Source of the DNA: Octopus vulgaris
Taxonomy: Eukaryota
Assembly (NCBI GenBank): GCA_951406725.2
Contig: OX597842.1
Location: 27,404,001-27,468,000, forward strand
Direction of reading: 5' to 3'
DNA length: 64,000 nucleotides
The translations under genes were made by a program, and so were the position numbers. Under the pieces are notes generated by a model. That model worked only from the letters and a program-made list of their open reading frames with translations. It ran no database searches and was not told where the DNA came from. Of the stretch, positions 14,410 to 27,060 are shown piece by piece; positions within the stretch are counted from its first letter, which is position 1; each line of letters begins with the position of its first letter.

Positions 14410-14839
14410 TCAATATAGGGTAGCAAAAAATTCAATAGAAATTTTTTCGCCACCAGCGGTCTAGTGAGAAAGAGAAAATAGTCTGAGACTATATATATAA
14501 ATTCAACAACAATTGAGGTACGGCCTCAATAGGCCATTCGACCCACTAGAAAGAGCAGCCAGGACTCAAACTGCCAAGTAGTAGTAATTCAGAAATTAAA
14601 GAAATTGTTGTTGAATATATATATATGTATATTCACACACACACTCACACACGCACGCACACACATATATATATATTCACACACGCACACACACATATAT
14701 ATATATTCACACACACACACACACATATATATATTTCTCAAGTTAGTCATGCTCTGGCAATCAGCTTTCATTTTTAAAACCTATTTTACAGATCTTTACC
14801 TGTTCACTGACAAAATTCCGTGGCTGCATTTTACAGATC

Positions 14840-14885
14840 ATGGGCCATCAAAAGTTGTTCTCCTGTTTGTTTGTGCTGTGCTTTT
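14840..14885 (+). CDS. Gene A coding exon 1: signal peptide MGHQKLFSCLFVLCF
   Basis: ttttacag|atcATG...TTT T|gtaagt; phase-1 donor; clear paralog at 58568 with homologous upstream intron. Confidence 0.8.
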
Positions 14886-15987
14886 GTAAGTTTTCTTCCG
14901 TTTTTGTTTTTTAGATTCTGTTTTTGCTAAGATTTACTATTTTTGCCGACAATAATTGTCACATGACGTTTACGTTAAATCCTTGAACAATTCTTTTTCC
15001 CACTGTTTTTTTTTCGTTTTTGTTTTTTTATAAATATGTTATGTTATTTTTTTTAGTCTTGACTCTGTCCATTATTTACACTGCGTTCCTTTTTGTTTGT
15101 TTGTGCGCATGTGTGTGGATCAGTGTGTGTGTGTGTGTGTGTGTCTATACATGCATACATGTACGTATGTATGTGTGTATGTATGCATGTGTATGTATAT
15201 GTGTGTGTGTATGCATATGTATATATGTATGTATGTATGTGTGCATCTGTATGTATGTATCCTGCATACTCATGTGCTTGCATTTTAGGAAAATTTTAGG
15301 AAAATAAAACTAAGAAATAAAAATAAGAAATAGGCGCAGGAGTGGCTGTGTGGTAAGTAGCTTGCTTACCAACCACATGGTTCCGGGTTCAGTCCCACTG
15401 CGTGGCACCTTGGGCAAGTGTCTTCTGCTATAGCCTCGGGCCGACCAATGCTTTGTGGGTGGATTTGGTAGACGGAAACTGAAAGAAGCCTGTCATATAT
15501 ATGTATATATATGTATATGTATGTATGTGTTTGTGTGTCTGTGTTTGTCCCCCTAGCATTGCTTGACAACCGGTGCTGGTCTCTTTATGTCCCCGTCACT
15601 TAGCTGTTCGGCAAAAGAGACTGATAGAATAAGTACTGGGTTTACAAAGAATAAGTCCCGGGGTCGATTTGCTCGACTAAAGGCGGTGCTCCAGCATGGC
15701 CACAGTGAAATGACTGAAACCAGTAACAGAGTAAGAGAGTAAAGAGTAAATAAGTGGAAATTTTACCGGTGAGTGTGTTACATTATAAGGCACAAAAAGA
15801 AAATGACTCTCCCCAGACACAACAAAATATGCTTCAACACACAAACTCATATAAAGAATCTTGCAAACCAAATCCAAAAACGAAATATTTTAATTGTTAT
15901 TTTATTATTGTAACATAAATAGCAGACAATCCCGTTGATCAAATGTAAAACCCGAAAATCAAAAATATTTCTTTTCCTCTTTTACAG

Positions 15988-16044
15988 ACTTGACAAAACC
16001 AGAAAGTTCGACAAAGGCACAAAGTTATAAAATTTTCAAAAATG
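15988..16044 (+). CDS. Gene A micro-exon S1 (57 nt): (Y)LTKPESSTKAQSYKIFKN
   Basis: cttttcctcttttacag|...AATG|gtaaat; phase 1-1, open frame; flanking intron homologous to those of the other micro-exons. Confidence 0.8.
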
Positions 16045-16509
16045 GTAAATTAACAAATCTTTCTCTCCTTTTTAATTAGACATCATTTTTTCAATTCTGC
16101 CTTCTATTTCTTTCTCATAATTCATAGTTTTTAGCCACTGTGTATCTATTTATTTATCCATAGGCGTAGGAGTGGCTGTGTGGTAAGTAGCTTGCTTATG
16201 AACCACATGGTTCCAGGTTCAGTCCCACTGCATGACACCTTGGGCAAGTGTCTTCTACTATAGTCTCGGGCCAACCAAAGACTTGTGAGAGGATTTGGTA
16301 GACGGAAACTGAAAGAAGCCCGTCATATATATGTATGTGTGTGTGTATATGGCTGTGTGGTAAGTAGCTTGCTTATGAACCTCAAGGTTCCAAGTTCAGT
16401 CCCACTGCATGACACCTTGGGCAAGTGTCTTCTACTATAGCCTCGGGCCAACCAAAGACTTGTGAGTGGATTTGGTAGACGGAAACTGAAAGAAGCCTGT
16501 CGTATATAT

Positions 16510-16547
<38 letters not shown>

Positions 16548-16972
16548 ATGTGTGTGTGTGTGTGTATTTGTTTATGTGTCTGTGTTTGTCCCCCCAACAT
16601 CGCTTCAAAACCGATGCTGGTGTGTTTACATCCCCGTTACTTAGCGGTTTGGCAAAAAGAGACCGATAGAATAAGTACTAGGCTTACAAAGAATAAATCC
16701 TGGGGTCGATTTGCTCGACTAAAAAGGTGGTGCTCCAGCAAAGCCATGTGAGAGGATTTGGTAGACGGAAACTGAAAGAAGCCCGTCATATATATGTAGA
16801 TGGCTGTGTGGTAAGTAGCTTGCTTATGAACCTCATGGTTCCAGGTTCAGTCCCACTGCATGACACCTTGGGCAAGTGTCTTCTACTATAGCCTCGGGCC
16901 GACCAAAGCCTTGTGAGTGGATTTGGTAGATGGAAACTGAAAGAAGCCCGTCATATATATGTATGTGTGGTA

Positions 16973-19136
16973 AGTAACTCGCCAACCTCTGACTTGGTCG
17001 GACGTGTTTTTTGGCAGCTGCTTCGAATGTCACGTGTTGCCACGTGAAATATTGAACTTTTTGACGACAACAGGTAGGACGTTTTACATTTTTAGGAGCC
17101 TAATGAGGCTTATTGCTTGCTTAACGTTATTTAGCAGTAAATGTTATTTAGCGTTAATATTTTTTAGCGGGTAATAAACTTCACTTTGCTCCAGATATAT
17201 TTTTCTGCCTGTTGTCGAATTTAAAGTCTCACTTTTTAGTGAGTATTGTGTTTGTTGAGGAGGCGTAGCACCTCCTCAAAAATATTTTGATTCATTTTGG
17301 ATTACCTACTGATTCACTTTTGGATTACCAGGAGGCACCAGGGACATTTGTGGTCTGTTTTTTCAAGTACCAAGAATTACCAATTATTTGCCGTTGATGC
17401 TTGGCCAGGACTACCTTTTCGGCCAAAAAAAAATAATTCTTTGCCATATTTGAACTCTCTTTCTTCTAGCTATCCTTCATTTGAACTCTGAACTGTATTT
17501 TTACCGTTATTCTTCATTTCCATTTTGTTTTCTCTTCCTACTTTCTGTCACTTTTGTTTGCTCCTATTTGAACTGTTTTTGCATTTTGTTTTAAAAATGG
17601 CCAAAGAACTTATTGTGTGGGAGCTGCAAGCTCCCAAAAAGTACCTAAAACAGCTGGAGGATAAGACCGTGTTACTGAGGACTTATTCAAAGTCGCTCAA
17701 CACCATCACGGTCTTTCCGAAGGCAAAAATAATTGAAGAGCTGGCAGATTATATGCCAGCCGTAAAATACATTACATGGGGAGCCAAATACGCAACGATT
17801 TGGTTGCTGTTTGACTCCCCTAAAGCAGCTTGCGATTTCGCAAGCAAGCCCATTGAGGGCAAAGAGATCTTGTTTCTCCCTAGTTACAAGGGAGAAAAAT
17901 TAACAAGATTATGGGTCTGCGGCCTGTCACCCGGCATTGAACCCGAGTGGATAGAAGACTCTATCCGCTGGGGTCTGGGTGGCAGTAACGCAAAAATCCT
18001 AAATGTTAGGATACAACCTGTGGCTGACTGGGAGGGGTCAAAGGCTACTTTGACTATATGGACCCAGTCAGCCAAGAGTCTGGTTTTGCCGGACTTTTTT
18101 AGGATGGCCGGGTCCAGGTATCCGGTGATGCTTGAGGGACGCCCTCCCCAAATGTCACCTATGCCTGGAGCCTGGACATATCAAGAGGAAGTGTCCCAGG
18201 GGCCGTGGTGCTGCCCCGGAGCATGAAAAGGAAAAGGTGCCCGCCGCTCTCTCATTGGAGGGGGAGACGGTGGAAGTCGTGGAGGAAGTTGCCTCCACGA
18301 AAAGAAAAAGACAGGTGAGCAACAATGGTTGCTCACCAAAGAACGTACAGACGGAGGAGGAGGATAGCGAGCCCCTGCGTCTGCCGAAGGAGCCCCCCGG
18401 GCTAGCAGCCTCAAAGAAAAAAAGAGGAAAAAGAGAATAAGAGGTCAGACGACTGACGTTTCTGTGTCGCCGACGGAGCCGCGGGTGGGATGTGTGCCAC
18501 CCGCGGACAGGGCTCCGTCAGTGGGAAGTGTGCCACTGACGGATCAGTGTGAGGTCCCTTCCTGTGAAGAGGAGTTGTTTCTCCTCCTTTACCACAAGGG
18601 AGGGAAGGTGGAAAAGTTTTTAAATGGTTTGGGTGACCGAGAACGCAAGGACACGGTCGGCTCAAGGAGTCCGTTATGGCCTCCGCGGGTAGCTGTGGAG
18701 GTAGTAACGGAAGACATTTTGTCAAGGGTCGCAGAGACCTTTGAGATAAAGATTTTACTTTTCTCTTTGCAGGCCTCCACTTGTCGTCGCAGAGTTGTCT
18801 GCAGGCGGCAAGACAATTTGCTTCGGAGACCTGACAGGGAGTATTTTTGTGAAATCATGTACTGCCATTGTGGCAAAAGAAATGAAAGAAGGAACTTTGT
18901 AAGAGGTTTTAGTGCCTCATTCGAGTAAGAGGTTTGCAACCTCATGTCGATTTACTGAAACTAAAGAAAATTGAACTTATTGAAAAAAAGAACAATGTCT
19001 TAGAGAAGCGGAAGTCGGCGGGCGCTTTCGTCTTCTCCCATCATCATCTTCACTTCATCACCATCATTCATTAATGTCTATGTCCAGCCCATAGCTACTA
19101 TCTGTGTACTGCCCTTGTGGAAAATTAAATGAAATA
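16973..19136 (+). mobile_element. ORF1-only L1/Tx1-like non-LTR element inserted in a SINE A head
   Basis: SINE sequence gtgtggtaagta|gcttgcttatg is split by the insert with AAGTA on both sides; ~620 bp 5' UTR, gag-like ORF, A-rich 3' end, no RT. Confidence 0.7.
17597..18928 (+). pseudogene. ORF1/Gag-like protein (RRM-like regions plus CCHC zinc knuckle), ~443 aa after correcting two homopolymer frameshifts
   Basis: MAKELIVW...TIWLLFDS...TRLWVCGLSPGI...EGRPP, then +1 in the C-run at ~18147 to KCHLCLEPGHIKRKC (Cx2Cx4Hx4C), then -1 in the A-run at ~18420 joining the 18464-18928 ORF. Confidence 0.75.
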
Positions 19137-19614
19137 AAGTAGCTTGCTTATGAACCTCATGGTTCCAGGTTCAGTCCCACTGCATGACACCTTGGGCAAG
19201 TGTCTTCTACTATAGCCTCGGGCCAACCAAAGACTTGTGAGAGGATTTGGTAGACGGAAACTGAAAGAAGCCCGTCATATATATGTATGTGTGTGTGTAT
19301 ATGGCTGTGTGGTAAGTAGCTTGCTTATGAACCTTATGGTTCCAGGTTCAGTCCCACTGCGTGACACCTTGGGCAAGTGTCTTCTACTATAGCCTCGGGC
19401 CAACCAAAGACTTGTGAAACGATTTGGTAGACGGAAACTGAAAGAAGCCCGTTCTATATTTACGTATATATATATATAAAATTTAATAAGGGTAAAAATT
19501 GATATTAATCAATTAAAACCAGTGGCCTATATTAAAAGAATCTGAAGATTAAAATATTTTTACATACAAAATTTAAAGGACTGACCACTAAAAGTATATA
19601 TACTAGATATATAT

Positions 19615-19819
<205 letters not shown>

Positions 19820-19915
19820 CTTATATCTATCGGTCTCTTTTGCCGATATATATATATATATATATATATAAACGACAGGCTTCTTTCAGTTTCCGTCTAC
19901 CAAATCCACTCACAA

Positions 19916-20005
<90 letters not shown>

Positions 20006-20651
20006 TGCACACTCACACACATGAATCTGTGTTCGTTTATGGGTGTAATTTCATTAATTCCCCTGTATTTGCTGGTTTGTAATCAAGGGTTTTCCCATCG
20101 ATATCATTAGCTTGACTTCCACCATAACTGGATGCCTGGGCTTCTTGATGTGTTGCACAATGTTAGTAAACAAAAATGTCGTTTATCCGGTGTCATTTGT
20201 TACCAGTTCTTTGTGTAAAATAACTCCGGGTTGTTTGTCATTCTATAGAATATATATATATATATATATGGAATGGAAGCACTCCATCGGTTACGACGAC
20301 GAGGGTTCCGGTTGATCCGATCAACGGAACAGCCTGCACGTGAAATTAACGTGTAAGTGGCTGAGCACTCCACAGACACGTGTACCCTTAACGTAGTTCT
20401 CGGGGATATTCAGCGTGACACAGAGAGTGACAAGGCCGGCCCTTTGAAATACAGGTACAACAGAAACAGGAAGTAAGAGAAATTTGTGGTGAAAGTGTAC
20501 AGCAGGGATCACCACCATCCCTGCCGGAGCCTCATGGAGCTTTAGGTGTTTTCGCTCAATAAACACTCACAACGCCCGGTCTGGGAATCGAAACCGCGAT
20601 CCTACGCCCGCGAGTCCGCTGCCCTAACCACTGGGCCATTGCGCCTCCACA

Positions 20652-20946
<295 letters not shown>

Positions 20947-21225
20947 AATAGAAAAGCTTTGTTCGGAAACAGATGAGGGTTAGTGACAGGATGAGCATCC
21001 TACTGGTGGAAACGAAAAACTCTGATCCATTCAAGCTTGTAAAAGTAGGCGTTAAAAGGATGATGATCTTTTGCCGTGAAGAATTTGTAGTCAAATGAAC
21101 GAACTCCAGTATTTATTCATTTTAAGACTCATAATTATTTTATTGGTCTATTTTGCTGAATCACTAAGTTATAAGGATGTAGACACACCAACATGGGTCA
21201 GCCTGAGGCTATAGTAGAACACACA

Positions 21226-22005
21226 AGGTGGCGAGGTGGCAGAAACGTTAGCACACCGCGTCAAATGCGTAGCCATATTTCGTCTGCCGTTACGTTCTGA
21301 GTTCAAATTCCGCCGAGGTCGACTTTGCCTTTCATCCTTTCGGGGTCGATAAATTAAGTACCAGTTACGCACTGGGGGTCGATATAATCGACTTAATCCG
21401 TTTGTCTGTCCTTGTTTGTGTTCTCTATGTTTAGCCCCTTGTGGGTAGTAAAGAAATAGGTATTTTGTCTGCTGTTACGTTCTGAGTTCAAATTCTGCCA
21501 AGGTCGACTTTGCCTTTCATCCTTTCGGGGTCGATAAATTAAGTACCAGTTACGTACTGGGGTCGATGTAATCGACTTAATCCTTTTGTCTGTCCTTGTT
21601 TGTCCTCTCTGTGTTTAGCCCCTTGTGGGTAGTAAAGAAATAGGTATTTTGTCTGCTGTTACATTTGAGTTCAAATTCCGCCGAGGTCACTTTGCCTTTC
21701 ATCCTTTCGGGGTCGATAAATTAAGTACCAGTTATGCACTGGGGTCGATGTAATCGACTTAATCCGTTTGTCTGTCCTTGTTTGTCCCCTCTGTGTTTAG
21801 CTCCTTGTGGGTAGTAAAGAAATAGGTATTTTGTCTGCTGTTACATTCTGAGTTCAAAATCCGCCGAGGTCGACTTTGCCTTTCATCCTTTCGGGGTCGA
21901 TAAATTAAGTACCAGTTATGCACTGGGGTCGATGTAATTGGCTTAATCCGTTTGTCTGTCGTTGTTTGTCCCCTCTGTGTTTAGCTCCTTGTGGGCAGTA
22001 AAGAA
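21226..22005 (+). repeat. SINE family B head plus tandem array (~4 units of ~180 bp)
   Basis: Head ggtggcgaggtggcagaaacgttagcac; repeated unit gttctgagttcaaattccgccgaggtcgactttgcctttcatcctttcggggtcgataaattaagtaccag...gtagtaaagaaataggtattt. Single copies at 9005-9205, 28953-29195, 42135-42290, 54517-54732, 56790-57122 and 57194-57410. Confidence 0.9.
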
Positions 22006-22106
22006 ATATATAGTAGAACACACTTGCCCAAGCTGCCACGAAGTAGGACTGAACCCAGAGCCATGAGTTTGGGAAGTAAACTTCTTACTTGATTTTTTTA
22101 TTTCAG

Positions 22107-22358
22107 AAAAAATTGTATTTGGAGAAAATACCACTCTTTCTATTAATTTCCCAAATATGGAAAGACCAGTGGAGTGGAAATGTAAAAATTATACATACGG
22201 ATGCAACACGACAATGTGCACTAACACCAACGGATTTCAAGTGACTCAGAGTGGAAATCATTCCACCTTTTGGATCGGAAACATATCCTCGGAATGTTTG
22301 ACTTGGACATTTTATGACAACAACAACAACTTTGGAAAATTTGATTTGAAGACAAACG
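22107..22358 (+). CDS. Gene A Ig-like domain exon D1 (252 nt)
   Basis: tttttatttcag|...AACG|gtaagg; phase 1-1; (E)KIVFGENTTLSINFPNMERPVEWKCKNYTYGCNTTMCTNTNGFQVTQSGNHSTFWIGNISSECLTWTFYDNNNNFGKFDLKTN. Confidence 0.88.
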
Positions 22359-22545
22359 GTAAGGATATGATTTATAACAACAACAACAACAAGGTGGGGA
22401 TGGAAAAGTAAAGAGAAAGAGATATGTTTAGGATACAATATTTAGCCGAGGGAGATGTTCTGGTGGTGAGGTTACAGAAAGGCAGATAGAAAAAGAGGGA
22501 CAGGGGAAACAGTTACATTAAGAGTGTGTGTGTGTGAGAGTGAGT

Positions 22546-22586
<41 letters not shown>

Positions 22587-22913
22587 AGTGCTCAGAGGAG
22601 GAAAATTTAAAATCATATCTATGTAATAATTTGCTTGTTCGTTCGCCCGTTATACATTAGTTAGAGAGGTGGAGGTAGAGTGAGTGAGAAGTAGAGTAAG
22701 GGAGAGAGAGTGGGGGAGGAGTGAAGAAAGAAGAGAGGGAAAAGTAGAGAAGGTGATTAATATTAATACGCTTAGGCAAAATGGTCACGTGATCAGCTGA
22801 ATGTAGAGACGAAGAATGAGAGAGAACAAGAGGGAGGGAAAAGTGTTAATGATGTGTGGTGGGTTGAGGAGAGGATACTTATGACATTGTGAAAACGTTT
22901 ACTGAAGGGAAAG

Positions 22914-22949
<36 letters not shown>

Positions 22950-23949
22950 GCAGGGAAGGCAGTTACATTGAGAGAGTTGGGCAGGGGTGGTAGTTACATT
23001 GAGAGAGAGAGAGAGATAAGTGGGGTCTGGTAGCAGTGGTGGTGTTGGGGATGTATTGAGAGTAAAAAGTATTTTTTCGTTGAACTAATTTTGTTTTATA
23101 TGGTCTGTTGCTTAAAGCCTGCACATAAATGCAATTATTTCATCGTCTACACACTTAAAAATTGATATTTGTTTATAAGGATTAACTTAGCCTGAACTAT
23201 AGATTGACAAGAAACATGGTTATAAGCTTCTCGAGAAAGGATGTGAAAATATAGTTTAGGGGTCAGAGGGAAACAGCGAGAAGACATCATAAAAAGGGGA
23301 AAGACGACCCCGATAGAGACGTGAGGAAATGAATGGAGATGAACGTCAAGAATATTTAAAGAAAGCTAAACTATCAAAATGCAAATCGCCCTTTTTTACA
23401 TAGGTCCGCTTAATGTTTCCCATTCTGTGGAATTATTACGGGTCCCACTAATAATATATTATTATAACTGGAAGTGAAATAACTTTACTTAATGAAAATT
23501 AAAATGCAAATCATCCCTTCTTTCTTAAAAAGCTTCTCTTAATCTTTTTTGTTCTGTGGAATGTCCATGGGTCCCAGAGGAATTACAACCGTGTTTCGGG
23601 GTCTGCTACCACAACAGCTCCTTTATAGGATCCAGTTAGCTCAAGACATCATCAGGAGGAACCACGTCCGGTTTCGGCCCCTACTCTTCTTCCGTCTTGA
23701 CGTGGCGGGGCTCCACCTTTCGGAGGTGTCTTCAGCTCTGGTGTTGGGTACATATCTTCTTTCTTCTGTTCCCTGGCCTCTTCGATGTATCGTCAGCGAG
23801 GGTCAGCCGGTGACTGATTGTCTTGTCAAATTTCTCCCTTTAAATATTGTTAATTATTATTCAATCATTGTAACCTAATTAGCATCGATTCTCTTGATCA
23901 AATGGAAAATCTGAAAATAATCAAAGCTTTTCATTTTCCTCTTTTACAG

Positions 23950-23988
23950 GTTTCAGAAAAGCAGAAACTTATGAAATTACCCAAAATG
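23950..23988 (+). CDS. Gene A micro-exon S2 (39 nt): (G)FRKAETYEITQN
   Basis: ttttcctcttttacag|...AATG|gtaaat; phase 1-1; homologous to S1 and S3. Confidence 0.82.
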
Positions 23989-24992
23989 GTAAATGGATTT
24001 ACAAACCTTTTTCTCCTTTCAAACTAAATACTCGCTTTTAGCTTCTGTTTACCTAATCCAGGCCAACCAAAGCTTTGTTAGTGGATTAGAGCATCCGACT
24101 GCTGGAAATGAAAACTCTGATCCATTCAAGCATGATGGTCACTTGCTTGTTTCAGTCGTTAGATTGTGGCCATGCTGGGGCACCGCCATGAAGAATATTT
24201 AGTTGAATGAATTAACCGCTGTACTTATTTATTTTAAGCCTAGTACTAAAAAAAAAAAAAATTAAAAAGTAAATTAAATTTAAAATAATAATAATAAATA
24301 AAAATAATAAAATATATATTCATATATATATAAAATTTATAAGTACAAATTAATTAAAAAATATTTTTTAAAAATTTGAACTTTAAATTTAAATAATTTA
24401 AATTTTGAATTTTATATTTTATATATTTTGTATATTATATTCATTAATTTTATTTCTATGTATTGGTTTATGTTTTTCACTGTTTGATTTGCCTAATAGT
24501 GGTTTTATCTCTAATTTAATATATATATATATATGTATGTATATACGTGTGTGTGTGTGTGTGTATGTGTGTCTTTGTTTGTCCCCCCAACTTCGCTTGA
24601 AAACCGATGCTGGTGTGTTTACGTCCCCGTTACTTAGCAGTTCGGCAAAAAGTAACCGATAGAATAAGTATTAGGCTTACAAAGAATAAATCCTGGTGTC
24701 GATTTGCTCGACTAAAAAAGGTGGTGCTCCAGCATGGCCGCAGTCAAATGACTGAAACAAGTAAAAGAGTAAAGAGTCAGAGTACACACATATATGCACA
24801 CTCACATACACGCATCTGTGTTCGTTTGTATGTGTGTGATTTCGTCAATTCCCTTGCATTTGCTGGGTTTGTAATCAATGCTTTTCCCAGCGATGTCATT
24901 TGCTTGATGCCCACCACAAATGCATGTCGGGGCTTCTCGATGTGTTGCACAATCTTAGTAAATAAAAGGCTCATTTATACAGCATCATTTGT

Positions 24993-26475
24993 TAGCACGC
25001 CGGGTGAAATGCGTAGCCGTATTTCGTCTGTCGTTGCGTTCCGAGTTCAAATTCCGCTGAAGTCGACTTTGCCTCTCATCCTTTCGGGGTCGACAAATTA
25101 AGTACCAGTTACACACTGGGGTCGATGTAATCGATGTAATCCATTTGTCTGTCCTTGTTTGTCCCCTCTGTGTTTAGCCACTTGTGGGTAGTAAAGAAAT
25201 AGGTATTTCGTGTGCGCTACGTTCTGAGTTCAAATTCCGCCGAGGTCGACTTTGCCTTTCATCCTTTCGGGGTCGACAAATTAAGTACCAGTTACACACT
25301 GGGGTCGATGTAATCGACTTAATCCATTTGTCTGTCCTTGTTTGTCCCCTCTGTGTTTAGCCACTTGTGGGTAGTAAAGAAATAGGTATTTCGTGTGCGC
25401 TACGTTCTGAGTTCAAATTCCGCCGAGGTCGACTTTGCCTTTCATCCTTTCGGGGTCGACAAATTAAGTACCAGTTACACACTGGAGTCGATGTAATCCA
25501 TTTGTCTGTCCTTGTTTGTCCCCTCTGTGTTTAGCCCCTTGTGGGTAGTAAAGAAATAGGTATTTCATCTGCGCTACGTTCTGAGTTCAAATTCCGCCGA
25601 GGTCGACTTTGCCTTTCATCCTTTCGGTGTCGATAAATTAAGTACCAGTTATGCACTGGGTCGATGTAATCGACTTAATCCGTTTGTCAGTCCTTGTTTG
25701 TCCCCTCTGTGTTTAGCTCCTTGTGGGTAGTAAAGAAATAGGTATTTCGTGTGCGCTACGTTCTGAGTTCAAATTCCGCCGAGGTCGACTTTGCCTTTCA
25801 TCCTTTCGGGGTCGATAAATTAAGTACCAGTTACGCACTGGGGGTCGATATAATCGACTTAATCCGTTTGTCTGTCCTTGTTTGTGTTCTCTATGTTTAG
25901 CCCCTTGTGGGTAGTAAAGAAATAGGTATTTTGTCTGCTGTTACGTTCTGAGTTCAAATTCTGCCAAGGTCGACTTTGCCTTTCATCCTTTCGGGGTCGA
26001 TAAATTAAGTACCAGTTACGTACTGGGGTCGATGTAATCGACTTAATCCTTTTGTCTGTCCTTGTTTGTCCTCTCTGTGTTTAGCCCCTTGTGGGTAGTA
26101 AAGAAATAGGTATTTTGTCTGCTGTTACATTTGAGTTCAAATTCCGCCGAGGTCGACTTTGCCTTTCATCCTTTCGGGGTCGATAAATTAAGTACCAGTT
26201 ATGCACTGGGGTCGATGTAATCGACTTAATCCGTTTGTCAGTCCTTGTTTGTCCCCTCTGTGTTTAGCTCCTTGTGGGTAGTAAAGAAATAGGTATTTTG
26301 TCTGCTGTTACATTCTGAGTTCAAAATCCGCCGAGGTCGACTTTGCCTTTCATCCTTTCGGGGTCGATAAATTAAGTACCAGTTATGCACTGGGGTCGAT
26401 GTAATCGGCTTAATCCGTTTGTCTGTCGTTGTTTGTCCCCTCTGTGTTTAGCCCCTTGTGGGCAGTAAAGAAATA
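24993..26475 (+). repeat. Tandem array of SINE family B (~8 units); resumes at 27975-28342
   Basis: Same ~180 bp unit as 21226-22005; the last four units carry the same diagnostic variants as the 21290-22005 units. Confidence 0.9.
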
Positions 26476-26573
26476 TATAGTAGAACACACTTGCCCAAGC
26501 TGCCACGAAGTAGGCCTGAACCCAGAGCCATGAGTTTGGGAAGTAAACTTCTTACTTGATTTCTTTATTTCAG

Positions 26574-26825
26574 AAAAAGTTGTATTTGGAGAAAGTACCA
26601 CTCTTTCTATTAGTCTCCCAAATATGGAAAGACCAGTGGAGTGGAAATGTAAAGATTATACATACGGATGCAACACGACAATGTGCGCTAACACCAACGA
26701 ATTTCAAGTGACTCAGAGTGGAAATCATTCCACCTTTTGGATCGGAAACATATCCTCGGAATGTTTGACTTGGACATTTTATGACAACAACAACAACTTT
26801 GGAAAATTTGATTTGAAGACAAACG
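26574..26825 (+). CDS. Gene A Ig-like domain exon D2 (252 nt), recent duplicate of D1
   Basis: ctttatttcag|...AACG|gtaaag; 245/252 nt identical to D1; lies in block ~25755-27975, which duplicates ~21290-23518. Confidence 0.8.
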
Positions 26826-27010
26826 GTAAAGATATGATTTATAACAATAACAACAACAAGGTGGGGATGGAAAAGTAAAGAGAAAGTGATATGTTTAGGA
26901 TACAATATTTAGCCGAGGGAGATGTTCTGGTGGTGAGGTTACAGAAAGGCAGATAGAAAAAGAGGGACAGGGGAAACAGTTACATTAAGAGTGTGTGTGT
27001 GTGAGAGTGA

Positions 27011-27060
<50 letters not shown>

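Noticed and set aside
22103-22438. Minus-strand ORFs over domain exons (also 26570-26905 and 61501-61863)
   Set aside because: Splice signals, signal peptide and TM all support the + strand; these are antisense shadows.
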